Source: the human T2T-CHM13v2.0 reference genome, Homo sapiens. Taken from it: a DNA stretch of 64,000 nt. Under the pieces are notes generated by a model, which was given only the letters and a program-made list of their open reading frames with translations, was not told the origin of the DNA and made no database searches. Location: assembly GCF_009914755.1 (NCBI RefSeq), contig NC_060926.1; one strand, given 5' to 3'. Every line of letters starts with the position of its first letter. The first letter of the stretch is position 1. A program made the translations under genes and the position numbers. Below, in pieces: positions 1 through 10,855 of the stretch.

Positions 1-309
1 ACAGCCATGCTTGCTTTACTCCATTGTCTTCAAATTCCAATTTGCCTCAGAATCCTCTGGGCATCTGATTTAAAATACACATTTCTAGACTACCCTCCCA
101 GATATTCTGATTTTGTTGCAGACCAGAATGTGCATTATAAACAAGTGCGCAGGTGATTCTAGTACAAATCCTAATAAGCAATGCTACACTTTATAATTTT
201 CAATCCAAAGATAAATGAAAGACAGCAACTCTCTTGGAAGACAAAATTTTTTCATTCATATTACTTAAGAACTTAAAGCCTTGTGACAATAAACTTCTAA
301 GAATAATTA

Positions 310-550
310 ATAATAACACACACATCTAGCACTTATTATATGTCAAGCATTGGTCAAAGAGCTTTTCATACAACAGCGCTTTAATCTTTACAACAACTTT
401 TTGAGGCAGGTACTCTTATTCTCATCATTTTATAAATGAGAAAATTGAGGCACAGAAAGTTTAAGCTCCTTGCCTAAGTCATCTATATAGAAAGGGACAA
501 AGCCAGAATTTGAATCAAAGAAGTCCAGCTTCAGAGCCTATGCTCCTAAA
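310..550. mobile_element. MIR SINE remnant
   Basis: MIR core-like text (cattttataaatgagaaaattgaggcacagaaag...cttgcctaagtc); boundaries approximate. Confidence 0.6.
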
Positions 551-726
551 CACAAATCTGTACTTCATTAAAAGTATAGCAAAATTCACTGTCTCACCAA
601 ATCACACAGAACTCTTCCATATAAGGGGCCAACTTTTCTGTAGTGCTTTTCTATTTAATGGTAGCCCTGGGAGAAAAGGTAACTAATATGGCAGTCACTG
701 ACTATCTTTCTGATGCATTCTACCAT

Positions 727-767
727 TGTGTGTGTGTGTGTGTTTGTGTGTGTGTGTTGTTGTTGTT
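727..767. repeat. (TG)n/(TTG)n microsatellite
   Basis: Directly visible. Confidence 0.95.
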
Positions 768-1869
768 TTAGTTTATCTTGATTAGGATGGTCTCTGCTTC
801 TTTTTTAATAATATCACAACCTCTATAAAAGGCCATTTTTGAGAGAAATTAATAACATGCACCAGAAAGCCTAAAGGTTACAGCTCATTTTTACCATCTA
901 CAATAAGAAATATCACTTAATGGGTAGCATCTCCCAGGCTATGTTCTCATGAGATTTTTATAGCTAAGAATAAAATTCATGCCTATGGCAGACTTTTGTA
1001 ACCAATTTTAAGGAGTGACTTGCCACTTTTTCCATCCAAAATCCTGAGGGAAGAGAGGAAAAGGAGTAAGAGAATGGCAGGAATCAGAACTCACAGTCAT
1101 TCCTAAGAAAAAATTTGTGGCAATTCAAAAGTGATTTGTTTTCTTTCCCATGTCTAAGCCCCCATGCTCCTTCTGCACAGACTTTCGGATAATAATAATA
1201 TGCATGCAGATGGCATGTTCCAGGTTTCACAGCCCTTTCACAACCAGCCATTCATTTGAGATGATTGAAGCAAACCGTTTCAGGCTGAATGCAACTGTGA
1301 GCTGTTCAAAGGCAACACCTGGCAGCCCAGGATCACAGACGTGTTGTCATTGACATGACATGGGCTTAGAGAAGCTGAGGGTGAGCAAAGACCTGTGCCT
1401 TTGCATCACACACAGAGAGCTAGCACAGTGCCTGCTTATCAAGTTTGTACTTCATAAATGTTTGTTGAATGAATAAAGTATCACACCCAACTGCTTCCTT
1501 TTATAGATGAAAAACCCAGATTTCTTAGAGGTGGAAAATTTCATGAGGCAGCAGTGAAGGCATGAAGATTAGTCAAGGGAGCCAGGAAAATATAAGAGAA
1601 CTTCTCTCTGCCTGCTTCCCTCCTTTTTCTAGGTTTCTCTCATCCTTCTTTCTCTGTATGTCTCTGAATCTTTCTTATGCTCCTTTGGTTCCTTCTTTAC
1701 TAAAGTAACTGGTATTAATATGTAAATAAAATATGTTTATGTGTAGAATTAAGGCAAATCTCGGCATTTTAAAACTCTCTTTTTTATGGCTAAAGATGGA
1801 AATAAACTCAACATAATGCATATAGTTTACAGAAGTGAGAGAATTACTACTAAGAACCTCCATCTTTTG

Positions 1870-2400
1870 GTCATAGAACCAAAGATGCTCAGGGATTAAG
1901 GGATCTTTCAGTTGAGTCTATAAAACTGACTAACTGTAATTGTATCTTCTCTACAACATCCATTCCAGGCATTTGACTATTGCCTTTTTGAACATCTTAA
2001 AATAATGGGGAATTCAGCACTTGATGGGGGCAGCTATTCTTTGAACTACTCTGAGTTCTGAAAACTTTTACTTGTGTAGAGCTGAACTTTCATGCCCTAA
2101 ATCTTTCACACGTTGATTGTTCTTGATTGAACCCTTTGGAGACACACAGAATGAGTCTAGCCTGTCTTCCACCTGACAATCAAATATTTGAAGACAGATA
2201 TTTGAAGACAGCTTTCATGCCCACCCCCTTCCCCCAAGTCTTCTCCTTTCTGGAATAAACATCTCTGTTTCCTTTAGCAGATCCTCATATACCTTTACAG
2301 TGCGTATCTTCACCCCATTAAACATTCTTCTCTGAACATACTCTTATTTGCCTATATACAAGGCTGATAGTGGACAGATACATACTGGGATAGATATAAT
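1870..2400 (-). mobile_element. L3/CR1 LINE 3' remnant (further pieces at ~3600-3944 and ~10945-11300)
   Basis: Degenerate similarity to recalled L3 consensus (caaatatttgaagacagct...cttctcctttctggaataaac); pieces appear colinear around later insertions. Confidence 0.5.
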
Positions 2401-3022
2401 ATGAATTAAAATATGGAAATGGTTTTACTAAAGTTGATAAAAAGCTATAGTTCTAATTCTCTCACCAAGTGTCCATCACTTGGGACCCTCCTGACATCAT
2501 TAGGATCAATAACCAAGGGTTGTTCCTGGACCAATGTCCTTTTTCATTGGTAAATGCCCAAGTCATACCAGTTGCTAAATAAGTAGGACTCATTCCTAAA
2601 TATCCTTTTAAAGGTTTTGTCCAGAAACCAATAGAAAAAAAAACTTAAAAAAAAAACAACAACATCTACTCAGCACTGTTTATTTGCCCAGCACTGTGGC
2701 GTGTTTTTAACCTTATCCTTATTTAATTTTCACAGCAAGACTGTGAAATAAGAATCATTATTTCCATTCTATAAATAAGCAAACTAAGATTCTCAGAGGT
2801 TATGTATCTTGCCTAGTGTTTTCATAATTGTTAAATTCCAGAACAAGAATTCCAAAACAGATCTATGGTCAAATAAATTTGAAAAATAATACAGGTTCTT
2901 TATCCACTTGAAAAAGCATGGATGAAATTGAGCAATGAAAGTTTCTAAAAAGTCCTTCATTAAAGAAAGGTTTAACCCAGTGTATTTGAGATTGGGTCTT
3001 TTTCTTGTTTAATACCTATAAG

Positions 3023-3590
3023 TGTTACAGGACAGGGGTCCCAATCCAGACCCTAAGAGAGGGTTATTGGATTTCTCTCAAGAAAGAATTCAGGGCAAGT
3101 CCTCAAGGCAAAGTGAAAGCATGTTTATTAAGAAAGTAAAGGAATAAAAGAATGTCTGCTCCATAGACAGAGCAGCCCTGAGGGCTGCAGGTTGCCTATT
3201 TTTATGGTTATTTCTTGATGATATGCTCAACAAGGGGTGGATTATTCATGCCTCCCCTTTTTAGACCATATAGGGTAACTTCCTGATGTTGCCATGGCAT
3301 TTGTAAACTGTCATGGCTCTGGTGGGAGTGTAGTAGTGAGGGCGACCAGAGGTCATTCTCATAGACAGTTTAGTTTTGGTGGGTTTTGGCCAGCTCCTTT
3401 CCTGCAACCTGTTTTATCAGCAAGGTCTTTATAACCTGTATTTTGTGCTGACCTCCTATGACTTAGAAAGCCTGTGACTTAGAAAGCCTTAACCATCTAA
3501 CCGTCTGAGAATGCAGCTCAGTAGGTTTCAGCTTCATTTTACCCAGCTCCTATTTAAGATGCAGTTGCTCTGGTTCACACGCCTCTGATA
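3023..3590 (-). mobile_element. MER41A solo LTR (ERV1)
   Basis: tgttacaggacaggggtccc...gcctctgata matches the reverse complement of MER41; lacks the tandem TTCCNGGAA (GAS) block of MER41B; imperfect 4-bp TSD taag/tgag. Confidence 0.85.
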
Positions 3591-3976
3591 TGAGCACTTT
3601 GGCAAACTGATACTTTAATTATATTGGAAGCTGATCCCCACTCTTGACTCATGATAACCAAAATGATGACTCAGAGCTCCACATCATTTCCATGGATGTC
3701 ATTGTTAGGATCCGCTCCTCTTTCCTATCCATGAAAGATATGTTTTGAAACCAAAGCAGGAACTTAAAGTTATCCTTCATATGATACATTTGGTTAAATT
3801 CATGTCATTATCCAGTTTAATAGTATCACAAATTTGCCACCTTATATTGTCACTGTTCTTATTGGTTTAATTCATCTTCAACTGGCTGACCAAATTCTTT
3901 ACATCTTCACCTAGACAATCATAAATGTTAAACACAGAAGAATTGAGGACTACCAGTTTCAGGTCTAATATGTAAA

Positions 3977-4166
3977 TGTCATGCACGTCTGTGTGAAGAG
4001 AGTCCATCAACAGGCTTTGTGTGAGCAACGAGGCTGTTTATTCACTTGGGTGCAAATGGGCTGAGTCCGAGAAAGGAGTCAGCCCACTTGCACCCAAGTG
4101 AATAAACAGCCTTGTTGCTCACACAAAGTCTGTTGGTAGACTCTCTTCACACAGACAGACATGACA
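3977..4166. repeat. 88-bp inverted repeat (hairpin) of LTR R-U5 with 14-nt loop
   Basis: 3977-4064 is the reverse complement of 4079-4166 (80/88 identical by manual alignment). Confidence 0.95.
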
Positions 4167-4168
4167 TT

Positions 4169-4186
4169 TGGTGCCAAAACCCGGGA
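4169..4186 (+). other. tRNA-Phe primer-binding-site copy
   Basis: TGGTGCCAAAACCCGGGA vs complement of tRNA-Phe 3' 18 nt, TGGTGCCGAAACCCGGGA (17/18; the mismatch is at a CpG). Confidence 0.85.
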
Positions 4187-4500
4187 ATAGTCAGGGAAGC
4201 AGAAAATTTAGTTAAAATGTCTCGACCTAATAAGGGAGCTGGGCAGGTGGGGATAACTGAAAAGGAGTGCATAAAAGAATGTTGTCCAAGTTGGCACCAG
4301 AGTTGGGGAGTTTTAAGAGGCTTAGAAGCCTGGTCATCAATACCTACAACAGTTATGGAGGCAAGGGAAACAGGCCCTTGAAAAGAAGGTAATGTGGAGT
4401 GGGTAGCCTCCATATTGATTAAGAAGGAGGTGGACTTACCCTCCACTGTAAGAGTTACCCAAAGCATCTGTGATGGTCCAGGAGGCTTCTGAGGTGATCA
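4187..4500 (-). pseudogene. pro: HERV-H protease remnant
   Basis: ORF 4147..4467: LTVEGK..FLINMEATHSTL...PLLGRDIL; catalytic DTG degenerate. Confidence 0.85.
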
Positions 4501-4505
4501 GGCAG

Positions 4506-5800
4506 CGTCAGTCTTCAGCCGCTAAGCCGAGAAGATCTGGGAAGGAGTCAGTCAGAGAGCCTTGGGCCAGAGTTCCAGGGGCTCTGGGAGTGGCTGCCGG
4601 GTGAGCTGGTTCCAGTGGGTTCCCACACAGATGGGACATGGCTTAGGAGGAATCCCAGGCTGGGCATTCTTTAGCCCAGTGGCCAGATTTCCAGCATTTG
4701 AAGCAAGATCCTGGGGGAGGAGGTCCTGGAGGAATGCCTGGCCACTGTGGTTTAGATGTTTTGAAGTTCTTTTGTGCTGGAGATGTGGCTGGGGTTTCTC
4801 TCTCACACAGCAGAGGCAAGTAATTGTAACTCAGAAATACATTGCTGCTTGGCTGCCTCTTCTCTATTATTGTACACCTTGAAGGAGAGGTTAATTAAGT
4901 CCTATTGTGGGGCTTGAGGCCCGGAATATAATTTTTGGAGTTTTTTCTAACGTTGGGAGCAGATTGGGTAATAAAATGCATATTGAGAATAAGACGGCCT
5001 TCTGGCCCCTCTGGGTCTAGAGCGGTAAAGCATCTAAGGGTTCTTGCCAAACAGGCCATTAACTGGACTAGGTTTTTATATTTGATGAAAAAGAGACTAA
5101 ATGCTAACTGATTTGGGAGAGGCTGGATAAAGAAAAAGGAGCATTAACCTTGACTATGCCTTTAGCTCCAGCCACCTCTCTAAGAGGAAATTGTTGGGCA
5201 GGTTGGGGAGAGCTAGTCACAGAACGAAACTGTAAGCTGGAACAGGTGTGAGGAGGGGAAGTGATAGAAGGATTATAGGGTGAGGGAGCAGAGGCTGAGG
5301 AAGAATTGGGACCTTGCTCGGCCTGGTGAAGAGCAGCCTGGGGAGGCTGGGAGAGGTCAGATGGGTTTGTAGAAAAGGAGGATTCAAAGGACTCAGAGCT
5401 TGGGGTGGAAACTGAAGGAACAGACAGGAGAGAAGGAAGAAAGATTTGGGACAAGTTGCATTGGGAGCAGAGACTAGGGAGGGACCAATGTGTAAAAGAA
5501 TGCCCGGATGTCAAGCACCTCAGACCATTTGCCCATTTTTCGACAAAAATTATCTAGATCTTGTAGGATGGAGAAATCAAAAGTGCCATTTTCTGGTCAT
5601 TTAGAACCATTGTCAAGTTTGTATTGGGGCCAAGCAGTATTGCAGAAGAAAATAAGGCATTTAGGTTTTAGGTCAGGTGTGAGTTGAAGAGGTGTAAGTT
5701 CTTGAGAACACAGGGTAAGGGAGAAGAAGGAGGAATGGAGGGTGGAAGTTTGCCCATAGTTAAAAGGTGAGTTTAGAGAAAAGAGAGGATAGAGACACAG
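4506..5800 (-). pseudogene. gag: HERV-H gag remnant
   Basis: Fragments LIFFCNTAWPQYKLDNGSK, QQFPLREVAGAKGIVKVNAPFSLS, Zn knuckle PCPICVGTHW; frameshifted and deleted. Confidence 0.85.
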
Positions 5801-6186
5801 TGTGGGGGGAGGTGGTCTTGCCACCCAGGGAAGGTGGTACTTGCCACCAAGGTGAAGGATCAAGGCAGGCATCCCCACAGTGATTAAACACCAAGGGAAG
5901 ACTGTCTTCCCAAGTCCATGACTGTTGCCGGAGTTTTGAGTTCATGGATAAAACGTGTCTCCTCTGTCTCTACCAGAAAAGGAAAGGAACCAAAATTAAG
6001 GAAGGGAGAGATTGAAGGGTGGAGGGCTAACAAGACAGGCTGGAGAAGAGAACAAAAAGAGGCCACTTACCTGATTTAAAATTGGTGAGATGTTCCTTTG
6101 GCTGGTCTGAGGACCCAAGGTCATAGGTGATCTCCTCACGGAGTGAGGGTGAGGACCCGGGATGAGTCTCCTGAAGGAGTCCCCTG

Positions 6187-6205
6187 TCCCAGGTCTTTGG
6201 CACCA
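6187..6205 (-). other. Proviral PBS (Phe-like variant TGGTGCCAAAGACCTGGGA)
   Basis: Directly follows the U5 end (..cataaca tt) on the minus strand and precedes the HERV-H leader. Confidence 0.85.
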
Positions 6206-6207
6206 AA

Positions 6208-6612
6208 TGTTATGCATGTCCATGTGAAGAGACCACCAAACAGGCTTTGTGTGAGCAATAAACTTTTTAATCACCTGGGTGCAGGCAAGCTGAATCCAAA
6301 AAAAAGGAGTCAGCAAAGGGAGATAGGGGTGGGACAGTTTTATAGGATTTGGGTAGGTAGTGGAAAATTAGACTTAAAAGGGGTTGTTCTCTTGTGGACA
6401 GGGGCGGGGGTCACAAGGTGCTCAGTGGGGAGCTCCTGAGATTCACTGTCCAGGAGAAGGAATGTGACAAGGCCAATTGATCAGTTCAGGTGGGGCAGTA
6501 ACAAATCACAATGGTGGAATGTCATCAGTTAAGGCAGGAACTGACTATTTTCACTTCTTTTATAGTTCTTCAGTTGCTTCAGGCCACCTGGATGTATATG
6601 TGCAGGTCACAG
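6208..6612 (-). mobile_element. LTR7-family LTR (LTR7C-like), missing first ~35-40 nt of U3
   Basis: Reverse complement of 8184-8588, about 95% identical by eye; TATA box and ATTAAA present. Confidence 0.9.
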
Positions 6613-6638
6613 AGGCTTATTCCAGAAGGAAGGAAAGG

Positions 6639-7985
6639 CAACTTTCTCCTTATGTCAATTCTACCCCCTGCCCCCCAAATATTTGGACCCCTCACCACAC
6701 AAACAACTATCCCTGTTGCTGCTCCTTTATGCATCTCCCAACAATAGCCTACTGGAATCCCTTTAGGCAACCTTCCACCATCCAAATGTTCCTTTACTCT
6801 ATCTCCAGAACCCAGCCACACACATTACCAAACAGATGGGAGTATTCCAACTTTGCATTACTGATGAGCCCTCTATCATTACTGACAAACCAAAAAACAT
6901 TGGCAGTCACTATTGTTTGGAAAGACACTTATCCTCCATCTCCCTCCATCCTTGGCTATCCTCCCCCTGCTCATCTGAATCTCCTCCTATCCCCTCCTCT
7001 TGCTTGCTTATATGCAGCCCCATGAATAGCAGTGAAAGGTTACTCATAGACACTATGTGCTTTCTTATACACCATGGAAACCAAACCTCTCCCTCTATGA
7101 GTTGCACTATCCATCCCCATTACAACCTCTAATGGCTGCTGCCCTTGCTGGAGCTCTAGGATTTTGGGTGCAGGACTCCTCTTTCAGTACACCCTCTCAC
7201 CTTTTCACTTTACATTTCCAGTTCTGCCTGACACAAGGTCTCTTCTTTTATGTGGTTCTTCCACCTACATGCACCTACCTGCCAACTGGATGGGCACATG
7301 TACTCTAGTCTTCCTTACCCCCAAAATCCAGTTTGCAGATAGGAATGAACAACTGCCTGTCCCCCTCATGACACCAACACAACAAAAAGAGTCATCCCAG
7401 TTATCCCTTTACTTGTGGGTCTAGAACTTTTCTGCCTCCACTATTGCACTTGGAACTGGAATAGCAGGCATATCAACTTCTGTCACAACATTCTGCAGCC
7501 TCTATAATGACTTCTCTGCTAGCATTACAGATATATCACAAACTTTATCTGTCCTCCAAGCCCAGGTTGACTCTTTAGCTGCAGTTGTCCTCCAGAACTT
7601 CTGAGGCCTCAATTTACTCACTGCTGAAAAAGGAGGTCTCTGTATGTTTTTAAATGAAGAGTGTTGTTTTTACCTAAAACAATCTGGCCTGGTATATGAC
7701 AACATAAAAAAACTCAAGGATAGAGCCCCAAAACTCGCTAACCAACAAAATAATTATGCTAAACTCCCTTGGGCACTCTCTAATTGGATGTCTTGGGTCC
7801 TCCCAATTCTTAGTCCTTTAATACCTCTTTTTCTCCTTCTCTTATTTGGACCTTGTGTCTTCCGTTTAGTTTCTCAGTTCATACAAAACTGCATTCAGGC
7901 CATCACCAATCATTCTATATGACAAATGCTCCTTCTAACAACCCCACAACACCAACCTTTACCCCAAAATCTTTCTCCAGTTTAA
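6639..7985 (+). pseudogene. env: HERV-H env remnant (C-terminal SU + TM)
   Basis: IFGPLTTQTTIPVAAPLCIS, LPANWMGTCTLVFLTPKIQF, ISU-like LQNF*GLNLLTAEKGGLC, CX6CC (CMFLNEECC), TM LLLLFGPC; stops and frameshifts. Confidence 0.92.
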
Positions 7986-8146
7986 TCTCTCCCACTCTAG
8001 GTTCCCATGCTGCCCCTAATCCCACCTGAAGCAGCCCTGAGAAACATCACCCATTATCTCTCCATACCATCCCCCAAAATTTTCACCACCCCAACACTTC
8101 ACCACTACTTTGTTTTGTTTTTCTTATTAACATAAGAAGACAGGAA

Positions 8147-8588
8147 TTTCAGGCCTCTGAGCCCTAGCTAAGCCATCATATCCCCTGTGACCTGCACATA
8201 TATATCCAGATGGCCTGAAGCAACTGAAGAACCACAAAAGAAGTGAAAATAGCCAGTTCCTGCCTTAACTGATGACATTCCACCATTGTGATTTGTTCCT
8301 GCCCCACCCTAACTGATCAATTGACCTTGTCACATTCCTTCTCCTGGACAGTGAATCTCAGGAGCTCCCCACTGAGCACCTTGTGACCCCTGCCCCTGCC
8401 CACAAGAGAACAACCCCCTTTAAGTCTAATTTTCCACTACCTACCCACATCCCATAAAACTGCCCCACTCCTATCTCCCTTTGCTGACTCCTTTTTTGGA
8501 TTCAGACTGCCTGCACCCAGGTGATTAAAAAGCTTTATTGCTCACACAAAGCCTGTGTGGTGGTCTCTTCACATGGACGCACATAACA
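8147..8588 (+). mobile_element. 3' LTR7-family LTR (LTR7C-like), preceded by PPT
   Basis: PPT aagaagacaggaa 8134-8146; tttcaggcctctgagccc...cataaca. Confidence 0.92.
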
Positions 8589-10305
8589 GTAATCAGATGA
8601 GAAGTCACCACTTCCATTCCTACAATAACAACAACAAGCTAGATAAACAAAAACAATGACTTTTCTTGGACCCATCAAATAACTGAAGTTTCAGGGCAAA
8701 ACACTACCCCAAATTTGGAGAGACAGGTGTATCTAGAGACACAGGTGGGATCTGCTTACGTGGAAAAGAAGCTGCTGGGATCTACTTACCTGGAAAAGAA
8801 GGTGCTGGAGCCATAAATTGTTAGGAGCATTTACATGGTAATGTTGGCAAATTGCTGGAGGCTGTGTGTGGACTCATGTGAGAAAAAAAGCTCAGGGGGG
8901 CCACCGTTCTAAGGGTACCCTCACACATTTGTGAGCTTTACCTCCAAGAACATGGCCAAATTCTCATAGTAAGGATGTGAGAAAGATCCTTCCCTGGATT
9001 TGGCAGGAAAAGAGGATGAAATCCCCTTGGAGAGTTCTCCATAACAAAGGCCTACTTTGCAGGGTGAAAGACTTTCCCAGAGCCTTATTCCAGAAGGAAG
9101 GGAGGAAAGGCATTCCTCTCTCTCCCCTGTCTTCTCTAGCTTTCTAGTCCCCACTAAGGGAAAAATTTAAAAGCTATGCCACTGGAGAAACACTTGTGAA
9201 GCTGACAGTTCAGAAACATGCCCCCAACCCCCACAAAAGATGGAGTTTTAACAAGATTATGGAATGCTTCTACCTCCCAGAACCTTCTCACCTCAGCAAT
9301 AGGGCTCCCGTATGACAGTGGATTACAGTTGAAAAATCTGCAAAACAGAGATTCTGAGAAGTACTTAGGGAAGCCTAAAGTCAAGGTGAGAGACAAAATT
9401 AAGGAAGAATCTGAAGCTTCTGACATCCACACCAATAGCAAACAGTAAACATAGCCCAGCACTTAGCCAGATTAACATAAATCCTCACAATAAAGGCCTA
9501 CTTGCCTATTTGTCTATTTTCCTCTCTGGTTTGAACAAAAAATTACAAAGCAGGCCAAGAAAAAACAAACACACACAGTCTAAGGAAACAAAGCAATCAC
9601 GAGAATCAGGCTCAGCTATGACACAGATGATGATATGATCAGACATGGAATTTACAATATCATAACTATAATTAATACGTTAAGGGCTTTAATAGAAAAA
9701 GTAGACAACATGAAAGAAGAGATGAGTAAAGTAAGCAGCGAGATGGAAACTCTAAGAATCAAAACAGATGATCAAAATAAAAAACAAAGACAGCTGAGAA
9801 AAAAACTATCAGTGAGATTGAAGATCATCAATAGCAAACTGAAATGCAAAGAGAAAAAAAGAATTTTTTAAAAATCACATATCCGCTAAGAACTGTAAAC
9901 AATTTTAAAAGCTATAACATACATGTAATTGGAATATCAGAAGGAAAAAATTAAAGAGAACAGAGAAAAAGAAATAGCTGAAGTAGTAATGGTTAAAAAC
10001 TTTCCAAAATTAATGACAGTCACCACATCACAAATTCAGGAATATCAGAGAATATCAAGCCAAATAAATACCAAAAACAAAACTAACTGCAGAAAACCAG
10101 ACACGAAGAAAATATTATGAAAGAAGCTAGAGGGGGAGAAAACTTTGCCTTAGATGAATGAAAATAACAATTATAATAGACTTCTCATCAGAAACTATAT
10201 AAACAAAAGGACAGTAGCATAAAATATTTAAAGTCTTGAAAGCAAAAAAACCCAACAAGCTTGAATTCTATATCCAGTCAAATTGTCCTTCCAAAGTGAA
10301 GGAGA

Positions 10306-10855
<550 letters not shown>

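Larger units (their letters stand above)
3977..8588. mobile_element. Rearranged HERV-H provirus: U5'-R' | R-U5-PBS | pro'-gag'-PBS'-LTR' | env-PPT-LTR; pol absent
   Basis: LTR7-family LTRs, HERV-H leader, gag, pro and env all recognisable; TG...CA termini; flanked by gtaaa (3972-3976)/gtaat (8589-8593). Confidence 0.92.

Noticed and set aside
3459-3489. tgacttagaaagcct duplicated; similar short duplications at ~2184-2211, ~8747-8810, ~15255-15400, ~27638-27717 and ~60370-60415
   Set aside because: Two-copy local duplications inside decayed repeats; no spacer structure, not CRISPR-like.
3023-3590. MER41 as an interferon-gamma/STAT1 enhancer
   Set aside because: The tandem GAS motifs of MER41B are absent; this copy is MER41A-type.
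6477-7025. 182-aa ORF spanning the inversion junction
   Set aside because: Starts at a non-ATG codon in antisense LTR and is mostly out of frame with env; chance ORF.
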